From: Labilithrix sp. | Lineage (GTDB): Bacteria > Myxococcota_A > Polyangia > Polyangiales > Polyangiaceae | DNA length: 64,000 nt | Assembly: GCA_039809525.1 (NCBI GenBank) | Contig: JBDHVD010000003.1 | Coordinates: 6-64,005 of the forward strand | Reading direction: 5' to 3' | Part shown: positions 9,733 to 18,373 of the stretch, in pieces | Layout: each line of letters starts with the position of its first letter | How positions within the stretch are numbered: the stretch's first letter is position 1 | The notes under the pieces: model-generated | Told to the model about the DNA's origin: nothing | The model's database searches: none | The model's input: only the letters and a program-made list of their open reading frames with translations | Made by a program: the position numbers and the translations under genes

Positions 9733-10590
9733 ATGCCCTTCGCGACGGCCAGGAACGCGCGCATCCACTACACCGTCCACGGCGACCGGCGCGGCACCCC
9801 CGTCGTGCTGCTCCAGGGGCTCGGGCTCTCGTCGCGGTTCTGGTTCGACGTCCCGGAGCTCCTCTCGGAGGATGCGGAGACCCCCCGGAGGGTCATCGCC
9901 ATCGACAACCGCGGGACGGGCCGGAGCGACAAGCCGCGCACGCCCTGGACGATGTCGACGATGGCCGACGACGTGGCGGCCGTCCTCGACGACGCCGGTG
10001 TCGAGGGCGCGTTCGTCGTCGGCATCTCGATGGGCGGGATGATCGCGCAGCACGTCGCGCTGCGCCATCCGACGCGGGTGAAGGGGCTCGTCCTGCTCGC
10101 GACGACCGCGGGCTTCCTCATGGGCGCGCTGCCGGAGGCGAAGGCGCTCGCCCGGCTCGTGTCGCTGCCGTTCGGCGGGCCGCGCGCCGGGCGGAACATG
10201 GCGAAGCTGCTCCTCCCCGAGTCGAAGTGGGACCGGGCGCGCGAGATCTTCCGCGACTGGCCGGACGCGATGCGCGACGATCCCACGGCGCCGGCCACGT
10301 TCGCCGCGCATCTCTTCGCCGCGTCGACCCACCTCGTGACGCGGCGTCTCTCGAAGATCGAGTGCCCGGTGATCGTGGTCGCCGGCAAGCACGATCAGCT
10401 CATTCCCCTGAAGAACGCGCGGGTGCTCGCGGCGAAGATCCACCGCGCGGAGCTCGAGGTCGTCGAGGACGCCGGCCACGCCGTGTTCGCCGACGACCGG
10501 GATCTGGTGCGGCGCATGGTGGTGAAGCTGGAGAGGTCCATCGAAAAAGGCCTCGGCGCGGCCCTTTCGAGCGCGCACGAGGGCGGGTAG
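9733..10590 (+). CDS. Alpha/beta fold hydrolase
   Basis: DNRGTGRS, GISMGG nucleophile, GKHD acid, DAGH histidine. Confidence 0.9.
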   Translation: MPFATARNARIHYTVHGDRRGTPVVLLQGLGLSSRFWFDVPELLSEDAETPRRVIAIDNRGTGRSDKPRTPWTMSTMADDVAAVLDDAGVEGAFVVGISMGGMIAQHVALRHPTRVKGLVLLATTAGFLMGALPEAKALARLVSLPFGGPRAGRNMAKLLLPESKWDRAREIFRDWPDAMRDDPTAPATFAAHLFAASTHLVTRRLSKIECPVIVVAGKHDQLIPLKNARVLAAKIHRAELEVVEDAGHAVFADDRDLVRRMVVKLERSIEKGLGAALSSAHEGG

Positions 10591-10601
10591 GCTGGAGGGC
10601 C

Positions 10602-13600
10602 GTGCTCCAGGTCATCGCCGACCGCTTCGAGATCGAACGCCTCGTCGGCTCCGGCGGGATGGGCGAGGTCTTTCGAGCGAAGGACCGCGTGACCGGCGGA
10701 CCGGTGGCGGTGAAGGTCCTGTACGGATCGATGACCCGCGACGCGGAGCGCTTCCGCCGCGAGGCGACGCTGCTCGCCGAATTGAGCCATCCGCGGATCG
10801 TGCGCTACGTCGCGCACGGCATCGCGCAGGGCAACCGGCCCTACCTCGCGATGGAGTGGCTCGAGGGCGAGGACCTCGGCGAACGTCTCGAGCGCTCGGG
10901 CCTGACGTTGCACGAGACGCTCTCGCTCGCGACGCGCACCGCGGAGGCGCTCGCGGTGCTCCACGAGCGCGGGGTCGTCCATCGCGACATCAAGCCCTCG
11001 AACCTGTACCTGCCGGGCAAGACCGTCGATCAGGTGAAGGTGCTCGATCTCGGCGTCGCGCGCCTCCTCCACCAGTCGCGACCGTCGACGCGGAGCGGCG
11101 TGATGGTCGGCACGCCCGGGTACATGGCGCCCGAGCAAGCACGCGGCATGAAGGAGCTCGATGCGCGCGCGGACGTCTTCTCGCTCGGCTGCGTGATCTA
11201 CGAGTGCCTGACGGGCGCCCCCGCGTTCCAGGGCGACAACGTCGCCGCGCTCCTCGCGAAGATCCTCCTCGAGCGGCCGCCCACGTTGCGCGAAGCCGGC
11301 GTCGACGTGCCGCTCGCGCTCGACGACCTCGTCACGCGCATGCTCTCCAAGCATCCGAGCGGGCGGCCGAGCAACGGCGCGGCGGTGCTCCGCGAGCTCG
11401 GGCAGTTCGAGTCGGTCGCCGATGCGCCCGCCCGGCGCGCGAGCGTCCCGCAGATCCGCGCGCTCACCGGAGGCGAGCGCAAGCTCGTGTGCGTGGTGAT
11501 GGCCTCGTACGGCGAGCCGCCGGAGGACCTCTCGCCCGCGAGCACGCACGAGACGATCCCCGCGTCGTTCGATCCGCGCACCGTCGTCGCCAGCTTCGGT
11601 GCCGACGCCGAGGTGCTCGCCGACGGATCGATCGTGGTGACGCTCTCGGGCAAGGGCGGCGCCGGCGACCAGGCCGCGCACGCCGCCCGCTGCGCGCTCG
11701 CGCTGCGCTCGCACCTGTTGACCGCGCACGTGGCCCTCGCGACCGGGCTGTCCACCGTGTCCGGACGCGGCGGCGCGGTCGGCGAGGTCATCGAGCGCGC
11801 GGCGGCGATCCTCGCGTCCGCGCGCTTGCGGCAGCAGGACATCGGCGAGGAGACGCTCGGGGGGCAGAGCCCGGTGTTCCTCGACGAGACCACCGCCGGC
11901 CTGCTCGACATGCGCTTCGACGTCGGCGGCGACGATCGCGGGCTGTTCATCCGCGGCCTCCGCGAGCGCGAGGCGAAGCCGCGCACGCTCCTCGGCAAGC
12001 CCACGCCGTTCGTCGGTCGCGAGCGCGAGCTGTCGACGCTGCTCGGACTCTTCGAGGAGTGCGTCTACGAGCCGGTCGCGCGCGCGGTCCTCGTCACCGG
12101 GCACCCCGGCGGGGGCAAGTCGCGCCTCGCGTCCGAGTTCCTCCGCCGCGTGAAGGAGGAGCACGACGCCGAGGTCTGGCTCGCCCGCGGCGACGCGATG
12201 ACCGAGGGCTCGCCGTTCAGCCTCCTCGCGCGGCTGATCCGTCGCGGCTGCGGGATCACCGGCGGCGAGCCGCTCGTGGTGCGCCAGCAGAAGCTCAAGG
12301 CGCGCGTGTCGCGCCACGTGCCGGAGCCGGACGTGCAGCGCGTCGCGGAGTTCCTGGGCGAGATCTCGAGCGTGCACTTCCCCGACGCGCACAGCGTCCA
12401 GCTGCGCGCGGCCCGTCAGGACACGACGCTGATGGGCGACCAGATGCGTCGCGCGTTCTGCGACATGACCGTCGCCGAGACGTCGTTCTCACCGCTCGTC
12501 CTCGTCCTCGAGGACCTGCACTGGGGCGATCTGCCGAGCGTGAGCTTCGTCGACTCCGCGCTCCGCGCCGCGACGGAGAAGCCGTTCATGGTGCTCGCGG
12601 TCGCGCGCGGCGAGGTCCACGACGTGTTCCCGAGCCTGTGGGAGCAGCGCAGCCTGCAGGAGATCCGGCTCGGGCCGCTCATGCGCCGTGCGGGCGAGCG
12701 CCTCGTGAAGGAGGTCCTCGGTGACGATCTCTCGCCCGACGAGGTGACGCGCCTGCTCGATCGCGCGGCGGGCAACGTGTTCTACCTCGAGGAGCTGATC
12801 CGCGCGTACGCGGAGGGCACCGGGCGCATCTCGTCCTCGCGCCCGTCCTCGTATCCGCGCAGCTCGGTGCCGCCGCCCGCGCCGAGCGGGTCGCTCGACA
12901 CCGGCGAGTCGTGGAGCCTGCCGGGCACCGTCCTCGCGATGGTCGAGGCGCGCCTCGAGCGCCTCGATCCGATGGCTCGCCGCGTCCTGCGCGCGGCGAG
13001 CGTCTTCGGCGAGGTGTTCTGGCGCGGCGGCGTCCTCGCGCTCACCGGCGGCGAGTACAAGGCGAGCGAGGTCGACGACTGGCTCGCGGAGCTCTCGCGC
13101 GCGGAGATCGTGCAGCGGCGCGACGTCACGCGCTTCCCCGGCGAGCACGAGTACTCCTTCCGCCACGCGATCGTGCGCGATGCCGCGTATCACATGCTCA
13201 CGCCCGAGGACGTCGCGCTCGGACACAAGCTCGCGGCCGACTGGCTCGAGCGCGCCGGCGAGCACGAGGTCATGCTCCTCGGCGAGCACTACGAGCGCGG
13301 AGGCGCGCCGGAGAAGGCCGCCCGCTTCTACGCGAAGGCGGCCAGCGAGGCGCTCGCGGGAAACGACTTCGCGGCCGCGAAGCAGCGCGCGGAGCGGGCG
13401 ATCGCCGCGGGCGCGACCGGCGCCGAGCTCGGTCGGCTCCATCTGCTCCTCGCCGAGGCCGCGCGCTGGGCGGTCGATCACGACTCGGCGCTCCGGCACG
13501 CGCGCTCGGCGATGCGCGAGCTCCCCGCGGGATCCGACGACTGGTACGCCGCCGCCGCGGAGGCGGTCGATGCGGCGATGACGCTCGGCCACGTCGCCGA

Positions 13601-14588
13601 GGTGAAGTCCATCGCCGAGACGATGCGGGCGCGTGCGACGTCGTCCGCGATGACCTCCGCGCGCGTGATCGCGACGTCGCGCATCGTGGTGCGCCTCGTC
13701 GTCGCCGGCCTCTACGACATCGCCGATGCGCTCCTCGCGCCGATCGAGCGCGACGCCACCGAGCTGGTGGGCAAGGAGCCGGCCACGCGCGGCTTCGTCC
13801 TCGCGGCGCAGGTCGCGCGGGCGAACCTGCGCGGCGACATCGAGGAGGCCTCGAGCCTCGCGCAGCAAGCGGTCGCCTGCTTCGATCTCGTCGGCGACGT
13901 CCGCAACGCGACCATCCTGCGCCATCACGCGGGCTACGCGCTCGTGCAGCTCGGCCTCTTCACCATGGCCGAGTCGGTGCTCCGCGACGCGATCGCCGCG
14001 GCGGAGAAGCTCGGGCTGATCGGCGTCGCGAACGACGCGCGCCTCCACCTCGGCCTGGTGTTCGTGCGCACGAAGCGGCGCGACGAGGCGGTCGCGACCA
14101 CGCGCGACGCGGTCGCGGGCTACGCGATGCAGCGCGATCGCGGCGGCGAGGGCCGCGCGCGGGCGTACCTCGCGGCCGCCTACCAGATCCTCAAGGAGCA
14201 CGCGGCCGCGGAGGAGGAGATCCTCCAGGCCCTCCCGCTCCTCGAGCAGCATCCGGCGTATCGCGCGCCCCTCCTCGGCTTGATGGCGCTCGCGCTTGCG
14301 GACAAGGGCGACGCCGAGGCCTCGTACATGGCCGGCAGCGAGGCGATGCGCATCCTCGAGCAGCTCGGGGCGACGGTCGAGGGCGAGTCCGTCGTCCGGG
14401 TCGGCTACGCCGAGTGCCTCTACGCGAAGGGCGACGTCGAGGGTGCGAAGAAGGCGATCGCCGCCGCGCGCGATCGCCTGCTCGAGCGCGCCAACCGCAT
14501 CAAGAACCCGGAGTGGCGGAAGAACTTCCTCGGCACGATCCAGGAGCACCTCCGCACGCTCGCGCGCGCGGGCGAATGGCTCGTGTAG
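10602..14588 (+). CDS. Ser/Thr kinase - cyclase-like - AAA/STAND ATPase - TPR multidomain protein
   Basis: GTG start after GGAGG; GSGGMG, HRDIKPSN, GTPGYMAPE; PFVGRERE, Walker A GHPGGGKS, Walker B LVLEDLHW, AAGNVFYLEEL; TPR-like C-terminus. Confidence 0.92.
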   Translation: MLQVIADRFEIERLVGSGGMGEVFRAKDRVTGGPVAVKVLYGSMTRDAERFRREATLLAELSHPRIVRYVAHGIAQGNRPYLAMEWLEGEDLGERLERSGLTLHETLSLATRTAEALAVLHERGVVHRDIKPSNLYLPGKTVDQVKVLDLGVARLLHQSRPSTRSGVMVGTPGYMAPEQARGMKELDARADVFSLGCVIYECLTGAPAFQGDNVAALLAKILLERPPTLREAGVDVPLALDDLVTRMLSKHPSGRPSNGAAVLRELGQFESVADAPARRASVPQIRALTGGERKLVCVVMASYGEPPEDLSPASTHETIPASFDPRTVVASFGADAEVLADGSIVVTLSGKGGAGDQAAHAARCALALRSHLLTAHVALATGLSTVSGRGGAVGEVIERAAAILASARLRQQDIGEETLGGQSPVFLDETTAGLLDMRFDVGGDDRGLFIRGLREREAKPRTLLGKPTPFVGRERELSTLLGLFEECVYEPVARAVLVTGHPGGGKSRLASEFLRRVKEEHDAEVWLARGDAMTEGSPFSLLARLIRRGCGITGGEPLVVRQQKLKARVSRHVPEPDVQRVAEFLGEISSVHFPDAHSVQLRAARQDTTLMGDQMRRAFCDMTVAETSFSPLVLVLEDLHWGDLPSVSFVDSALRAATEKPFMVLAVARGEVHDVFPSLWEQRSLQEIRLGPLMRRAGERLVKEVLGDDLSPDEVTRLLDRAAGNVFYLEELIRAYAEGTGRISSSRPSSYPRSSVPPPAPSGSLDTGESWSLPGTVLAMVEARLERLDPMARRVLRAASVFGEVFWRGGVLALTGGEYKASEVDDWLAELSRAEIVQRRDVTRFPGEHEYSFRHAIVRDAAYHMLTPEDVALGHKLAADWLERAGEHEVMLLGEHYERGGAPEKAARFYAKAASEALAGNDFAAAKQRAERAIAAGATGAELGRLHLLLAEAARWAVDHDSALRHARSAMRELPAGSDDWYAAAAEAVDAAMTLGHVAEVKSIAETMRARATSSAMTSARVIATSRIVVRLVVAGLYDIADALLAPIERDATELVGKEPATRGFVLAAQVARANLRGDIEEASSLAQQAVACFDLVGDVRNATILRHHAGYALVQLGLFTMAESVLRDAIAAAEKLGLIGVANDARLHLGLVFVRTKRRDEAVATTRDAVAGYAMQRDRGGEGRARAYLAAAYQILKEHAAAEEEILQALPLLEQHPAYRAPLLGLMALALADKGDAEASYMAGSEAMRILEQLGATVEGESVVRVGYAECLYAKGDVEGAKKAIAAARDRLLERANRIKNPEWRKNFLGTIQEHLRTLARAGEWLV

Positions 14589-16348
14589 CCGGCGCCGCGC
14601 CGGCGATCGCGATCGTGCTCGCCGCGTGCGCCTCCGGCGTGTCGACGACGAGCTCGCCCTCGTCTCCGGCGAGGAGCGCGCGGCCGGGCGAGGTGTCGAG
14701 CAACATCCGCTTCTCCGACTACGCCGGCACCAAGGCGTGCGCGAAGTGCCACTCGGATCACGTCGCGTCGTGGCTCCGCTCGCCGATGCACAACATGACG
14801 CGCGAGGCGGCGCTCGCGGACGTGAGAGGGCCCTTCGACGGCTCGGTGTTCCGGCTGAAGGACGACACGGCGAAGCTCGAGACCGAGGGCGGCGCGCGCT
14901 TCGTCACCATCACCTCGAAGCGCTTCGGCAGCGGGAGGTACCGCGTCACCCGCGTGATCGGCGGCACGCACCGCGAGGACTACGCCGGCGTGCTCGTCGG
15001 AGGCGACGAGACGGTCGAGCGCGTGCTCCCGGTCACGTACGTCTTCGCGACGCGATCGCTCCGCTACAAGGGCTACTCGGTCATGGTGAAGGAGCGGCCC
15101 GGGCTGCGCATCGGGCCGGTGTGGAGCGAGACCTGCATCTTCTGCCACAACACGGCGCCCCATCTCTCGACGGTGCTCGGCGCGATCGCCGGGCCGTCCG
15201 CGGGCGCGTATCAGGGCGAGGTCGTCGATCCGCTGCTGCCGGCCAACCTCCGCGCGAGCTACGTGGTCACCGACGCGCGCGGCTTCTCCGCGGCGCTCGC
15301 GGACGAGGTCGCCCGGCTCGGCGGCAAGAGCGCGCACCCGACCCCGCGCGAGGCCGTCTCCACGACGCGCACGCGGTTCCGGGCGGAGCACCTCGTCGAG
15401 GTCGGCATCGGCTGCGAGTCGTGCCACCTCGGCTCGGCCGAGCACGTGAGGGACCCCGGGACGAAGCCCTCCCTCGAGCCGCGCTCGCCGTTCTTCGAGG
15501 TGAAGACGAAGAGCGGCTCGCGCGCCGAGCGCGTCAATCGCGCCTGCGCGCGCTGCCATCAGGTGCTCTTCAGCGGGTACGATCCGACGTGGGAGGGCGG
15601 ATCGCGCAAGCGGAACCCGGGCGGCAGCCACATCAACTCGGGCGAGGCGCGGGACCTGATGCTCGGCGCGTGCGCCTCGAAGCTCTCCTGCGTCGAGTGC
15701 CACGAGCCGCACGCCGCGAACGCGACCGCGTCGCTCCGCGCGCTCGACGCCGCGGGGCAGGATGCGCTCTGCACGCGCTGCCACGAGCAGTACGCGTCGC
15801 CCGATGCGCTCCGGGCGCACTCTCATCACGATCCGGCGCGGGAGGGCGCGCGCTGCCTCTCGTGCCACATGCCGAAGAAGAACATGTCGCTCGACGGCGA
15901 TCTCTCGCGCTACCACCGCATCGGATCGCCGACGGAGCCCGAGCGCGTGCTGCTCGATCGGCCGCTCGAGTGCGCGCTCTGCCATGCGGACGAGAGCGTC
16001 GAGTCGCTGGCCGGCACGATGGAGAAGTGGTGGAACAAGTCGTTCGAGCGCGGCGCGCTCGCGAACCTCTACGGCTCGCTCGACGCGAACGTGATGCGGG
16101 CCACCGCCGAGCGCGGCAAGCCGCACGAGCAGGCGGTCGCGTTCTTCGTGCTCGGTCGCGCGCGCGACCGCGCGGCGGCGCCGATCCTCGCGTCGCAGCT
16201 CACGCACCCGTACCCGCTGGTGCGCGGGTACGCCAAGCGCGCGCTCGATTCGGTCGCCGGCGCGCCCGTCCCGATCGACATCGACGCCGACGAGGCGGAG
16301 ATCGAGGCGCGGGCGAGGACGTGGCTCTCGTCCGTGCGACGCGACTGA
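14576..16348 (+). CDS. Octaheme c-type cytochrome lipoprotein with a C-terminal HEAT-like repeat
   Basis: AIVLAAC lipobox; CAKCH, CIFCH, CESCH, CARCH, CVECH, CTRCH, CLSCH, CALCH. Confidence 0.88.
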   Translation: MARVAGAAPAIAIVLAACASGVSTTSSPSSPARSARPGEVSSNIRFSDYAGTKACAKCHSDHVASWLRSPMHNMTREAALADVRGPFDGSVFRLKDDTAKLETEGGARFVTITSKRFGSGRYRVTRVIGGTHREDYAGVLVGGDETVERVLPVTYVFATRSLRYKGYSVMVKERPGLRIGPVWSETCIFCHNTAPHLSTVLGAIAGPSAGAYQGEVVDPLLPANLRASYVVTDARGFSAALADEVARLGGKSAHPTPREAVSTTRTRFRAEHLVEVGIGCESCHLGSAEHVRDPGTKPSLEPRSPFFEVKTKSGSRAERVNRACARCHQVLFSGYDPTWEGGSRKRNPGGSHINSGEARDLMLGACASKLSCVECHEPHAANATASLRALDAAGQDALCTRCHEQYASPDALRAHSHHDPAREGARCLSCHMPKKNMSLDGDLSRYHRIGSPTEPERVLLDRPLECALCHADESVESLAGTMEKWWNKSFERGALANLYGSLDANVMRATAERGKPHEQAVAFFVLGRARDRAAAPILASQLTHPYPLVRGYAKRALDSVAGAPVPIDIDADEAEIEARARTWLSSVRRD

Positions 16349-16398
16349 GACGCGGGGACGGTGCAAGGAACGACGAGCTCGTCCGTTCCATCCCTTCC

Positions 16399-18366
16399 AT
16401 GAAGCGCCTCCGGTCGCTCGTCCTCGCCCTCGCGCCCGTCGGGTGCGGGGCCGTGTCCCTCCACGCGCCGCCCGCGATCCCGATGCACGCGACCGCGCCG
16501 CTCCGCGCCGAGGCCAAGGCGATCCACGACCGCGAGGGCTTCGTCCTGGTCTCGCCGGCGAAGGAGCAGCTCTCGAGCTTTCATCTCGGCTACAGCGCGC
16601 TCTTCCGTGGTCATCAGCCGGTGTACGTGACCGCGGACGCCCTGCTCCATGCGTGGCACGCGTCGTACGACGACATCCTCGCGTCGCTCGAGCATGCGGC
16701 CCTCGCGCCCGCGACGTCGGCGATGCTCGCGGAGCTCCGCGCGACCCTCGCGAAGAAGACGGACGCGGAGCCGACCGCGCGCGCGGACGTCGCCCGCTAT
16801 CTCGACGTCGCCTCGAGCCTCGTCTCCGGCGTGCCCGCGACGGGGGAGGCGTCGTCGATCGTCGCGGAGATCGAGGCCGCTTCGGGCGCCGGATCGCTCG
16901 AGCTGTTCGGCACGACGATGGACTTCGACTTCTCGATGATGAAGCCGCGCGGTCACTACACGAGGACCGTCGAGCTCCAGCGGTACTTCCGCGCCATGTC
17001 CTGGCTCGGCCGCGTCGAGCTGCGCATCGCGCAGACCGATGCGAACGGGAGGCTGCGCCTCGACCGCCGGGTGCTCTCCGCCGTGAGCTTGCTCCGCTCG
17101 CTCTTCACGGCGAGCAGCGAGCGGACGTGGCGGCAGATCGACGAGGCGATCGGCGCATTCGTCGGGCCTCGCGACTCGATGTCCTTGCCCGAGTACGACG
17201 TCGCGGCGAAGGCCCTCGGCGGCACGGACGACGCGGTCCTCGCCGCGTTCGCTGCCGCGTCGAAGCAGCGCATCGGCACGCAGCTCCTCCGTCCCGGTCA
17301 CGAGGTGGCGGCGTTCGTGCTCCTCGGGCAGCGCTACGTCTTCGACTCGCACGTCTTCAGCCGCGTCACCTACGGCGGGCTGAGGACGAAGCGGATGATG
17401 CCGACGCCGCTCGACGTCGGCTACACCGTGTTCGGGAGCACGACCGCGAAGGCGCTCCTCGCGCCCGAGGTGTCGGCGTACGGCGGCGAGTACGCGCAGG
17501 CGCTCGAGACGATGGTCTCGGAGCGCAAGGCGGCGGGCGCCGCGCTGTTCGAGGGCAGCATCCACCATCGCTGGCTGGGCGCGCTCGCCGAGCTGTCGCC
17601 GGACGCGGAGCGCGACGCGGTCCTTCCGGCGCCGTTCCGCGGCGAAGCGTGGGCCCGACGTCTCCTCGGGACGCAGCTCGCGTCGTGGGCCGAGCTCCGT
17701 CACGACAATCTCCTCTATGCGAAGCAGTCGGTCACCGCCTACGCGCTCTGCGACTACCCCCACGGCTACGTCGAGCCGTACCCTCGTTTCTTCGCCGCGC
17801 TCGAGCAGATGGCGAGCAGCGCGCGCGCGACGATCGAGAAGCTGCCGCTCGGCGGCGCGCATCGCACGCGCATCGCGACGTTCCTCTCGCGGTACGCGGA
17901 GGTCGCGGCGCGCCTCCGCGCGATGGCCGAGCGCGAGCGCCGCGACGAGCCGCTCGACGCGGACGATCTCGATTTCCTGAACCACATGGTCTCGATCGAC
18001 GGCCGACACGCAGGCTGCACCACCATCGTGACGGCCGAGGGCTGGTACGCGGATCTCTTCTTCGATCGCGATCGCGCGCTCCGCCACGACCCGGTCGTCG
18101 CGGACGTGCACACGCAGCCCACCGACGAGGACGGCAACATGGTGGGCAAGGTCCTGCACGTCGGTACGGGCTACCCGCGGCTGCTCGTGGTGACGATCGC
18201 GCACGACGGCGGGCAGCATCCGCGCACGTACCGCGGCTTCGTGTCGACCTACGCGGAGACGACGACGCGCGACTTCCGGCGGCTCGACGACGAGAGCTGG
18301 CGCACGGCGGTGCACGAGGAGCACCCCGTGCCGCCGCCGTGGCTGAAGGACGTCGTCGCGGAATGA
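16399..18366 (+). CDS. DUF3160 family lipoprotein
   Basis: VTADALLHAWH, KPRGHYT, YFRAMSWLGR, WAELRHDNLLYAKQS, GYVEP and VADVHT motifs; LAPVGC lipobox. Confidence 0.85.
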   Translation: MKRLRSLVLALAPVGCGAVSLHAPPAIPMHATAPLRAEAKAIHDREGFVLVSPAKEQLSSFHLGYSALFRGHQPVYVTADALLHAWHASYDDILASLEHAALAPATSAMLAELRATLAKKTDAEPTARADVARYLDVASSLVSGVPATGEASSIVAEIEAASGAGSLELFGTTMDFDFSMMKPRGHYTRTVELQRYFRAMSWLGRVELRIAQTDANGRLRLDRRVLSAVSLLRSLFTASSERTWRQIDEAIGAFVGPRDSMSLPEYDVAAKALGGTDDAVLAAFAAASKQRIGTQLLRPGHEVAAFVLLGQRYVFDSHVFSRVTYGGLRTKRMMPTPLDVGYTVFGSTTAKALLAPEVSAYGGEYAQALETMVSERKAAGAALFEGSIHHRWLGALAELSPDAERDAVLPAPFRGEAWARRLLGTQLASWAELRHDNLLYAKQSVTAYALCDYPHGYVEPYPRFFAALEQMASSARATIEKLPLGGAHRTRIATFLSRYAEVAARLRAMAERERRDEPLDADDLDFLNHMVSIDGRHAGCTTIVTAEGWYADLFFDRDRALRHDPVVADVHTQPTDEDGNMVGKVLHVGTGYPRLLVVTIAHDGGQHPRTYRGFVSTYAETTTRDFRRLDDESWRTAVHEEHPVPPPWLKDVVAE

Positions 18367-18373
18367 GCCCGCG

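Noticed and set aside
8874-10601. N-terminal extension giving a 1904-aa kinase
   Set aside because: Overlaps two real genes; the RBS and kinase domain start at GTG 10602
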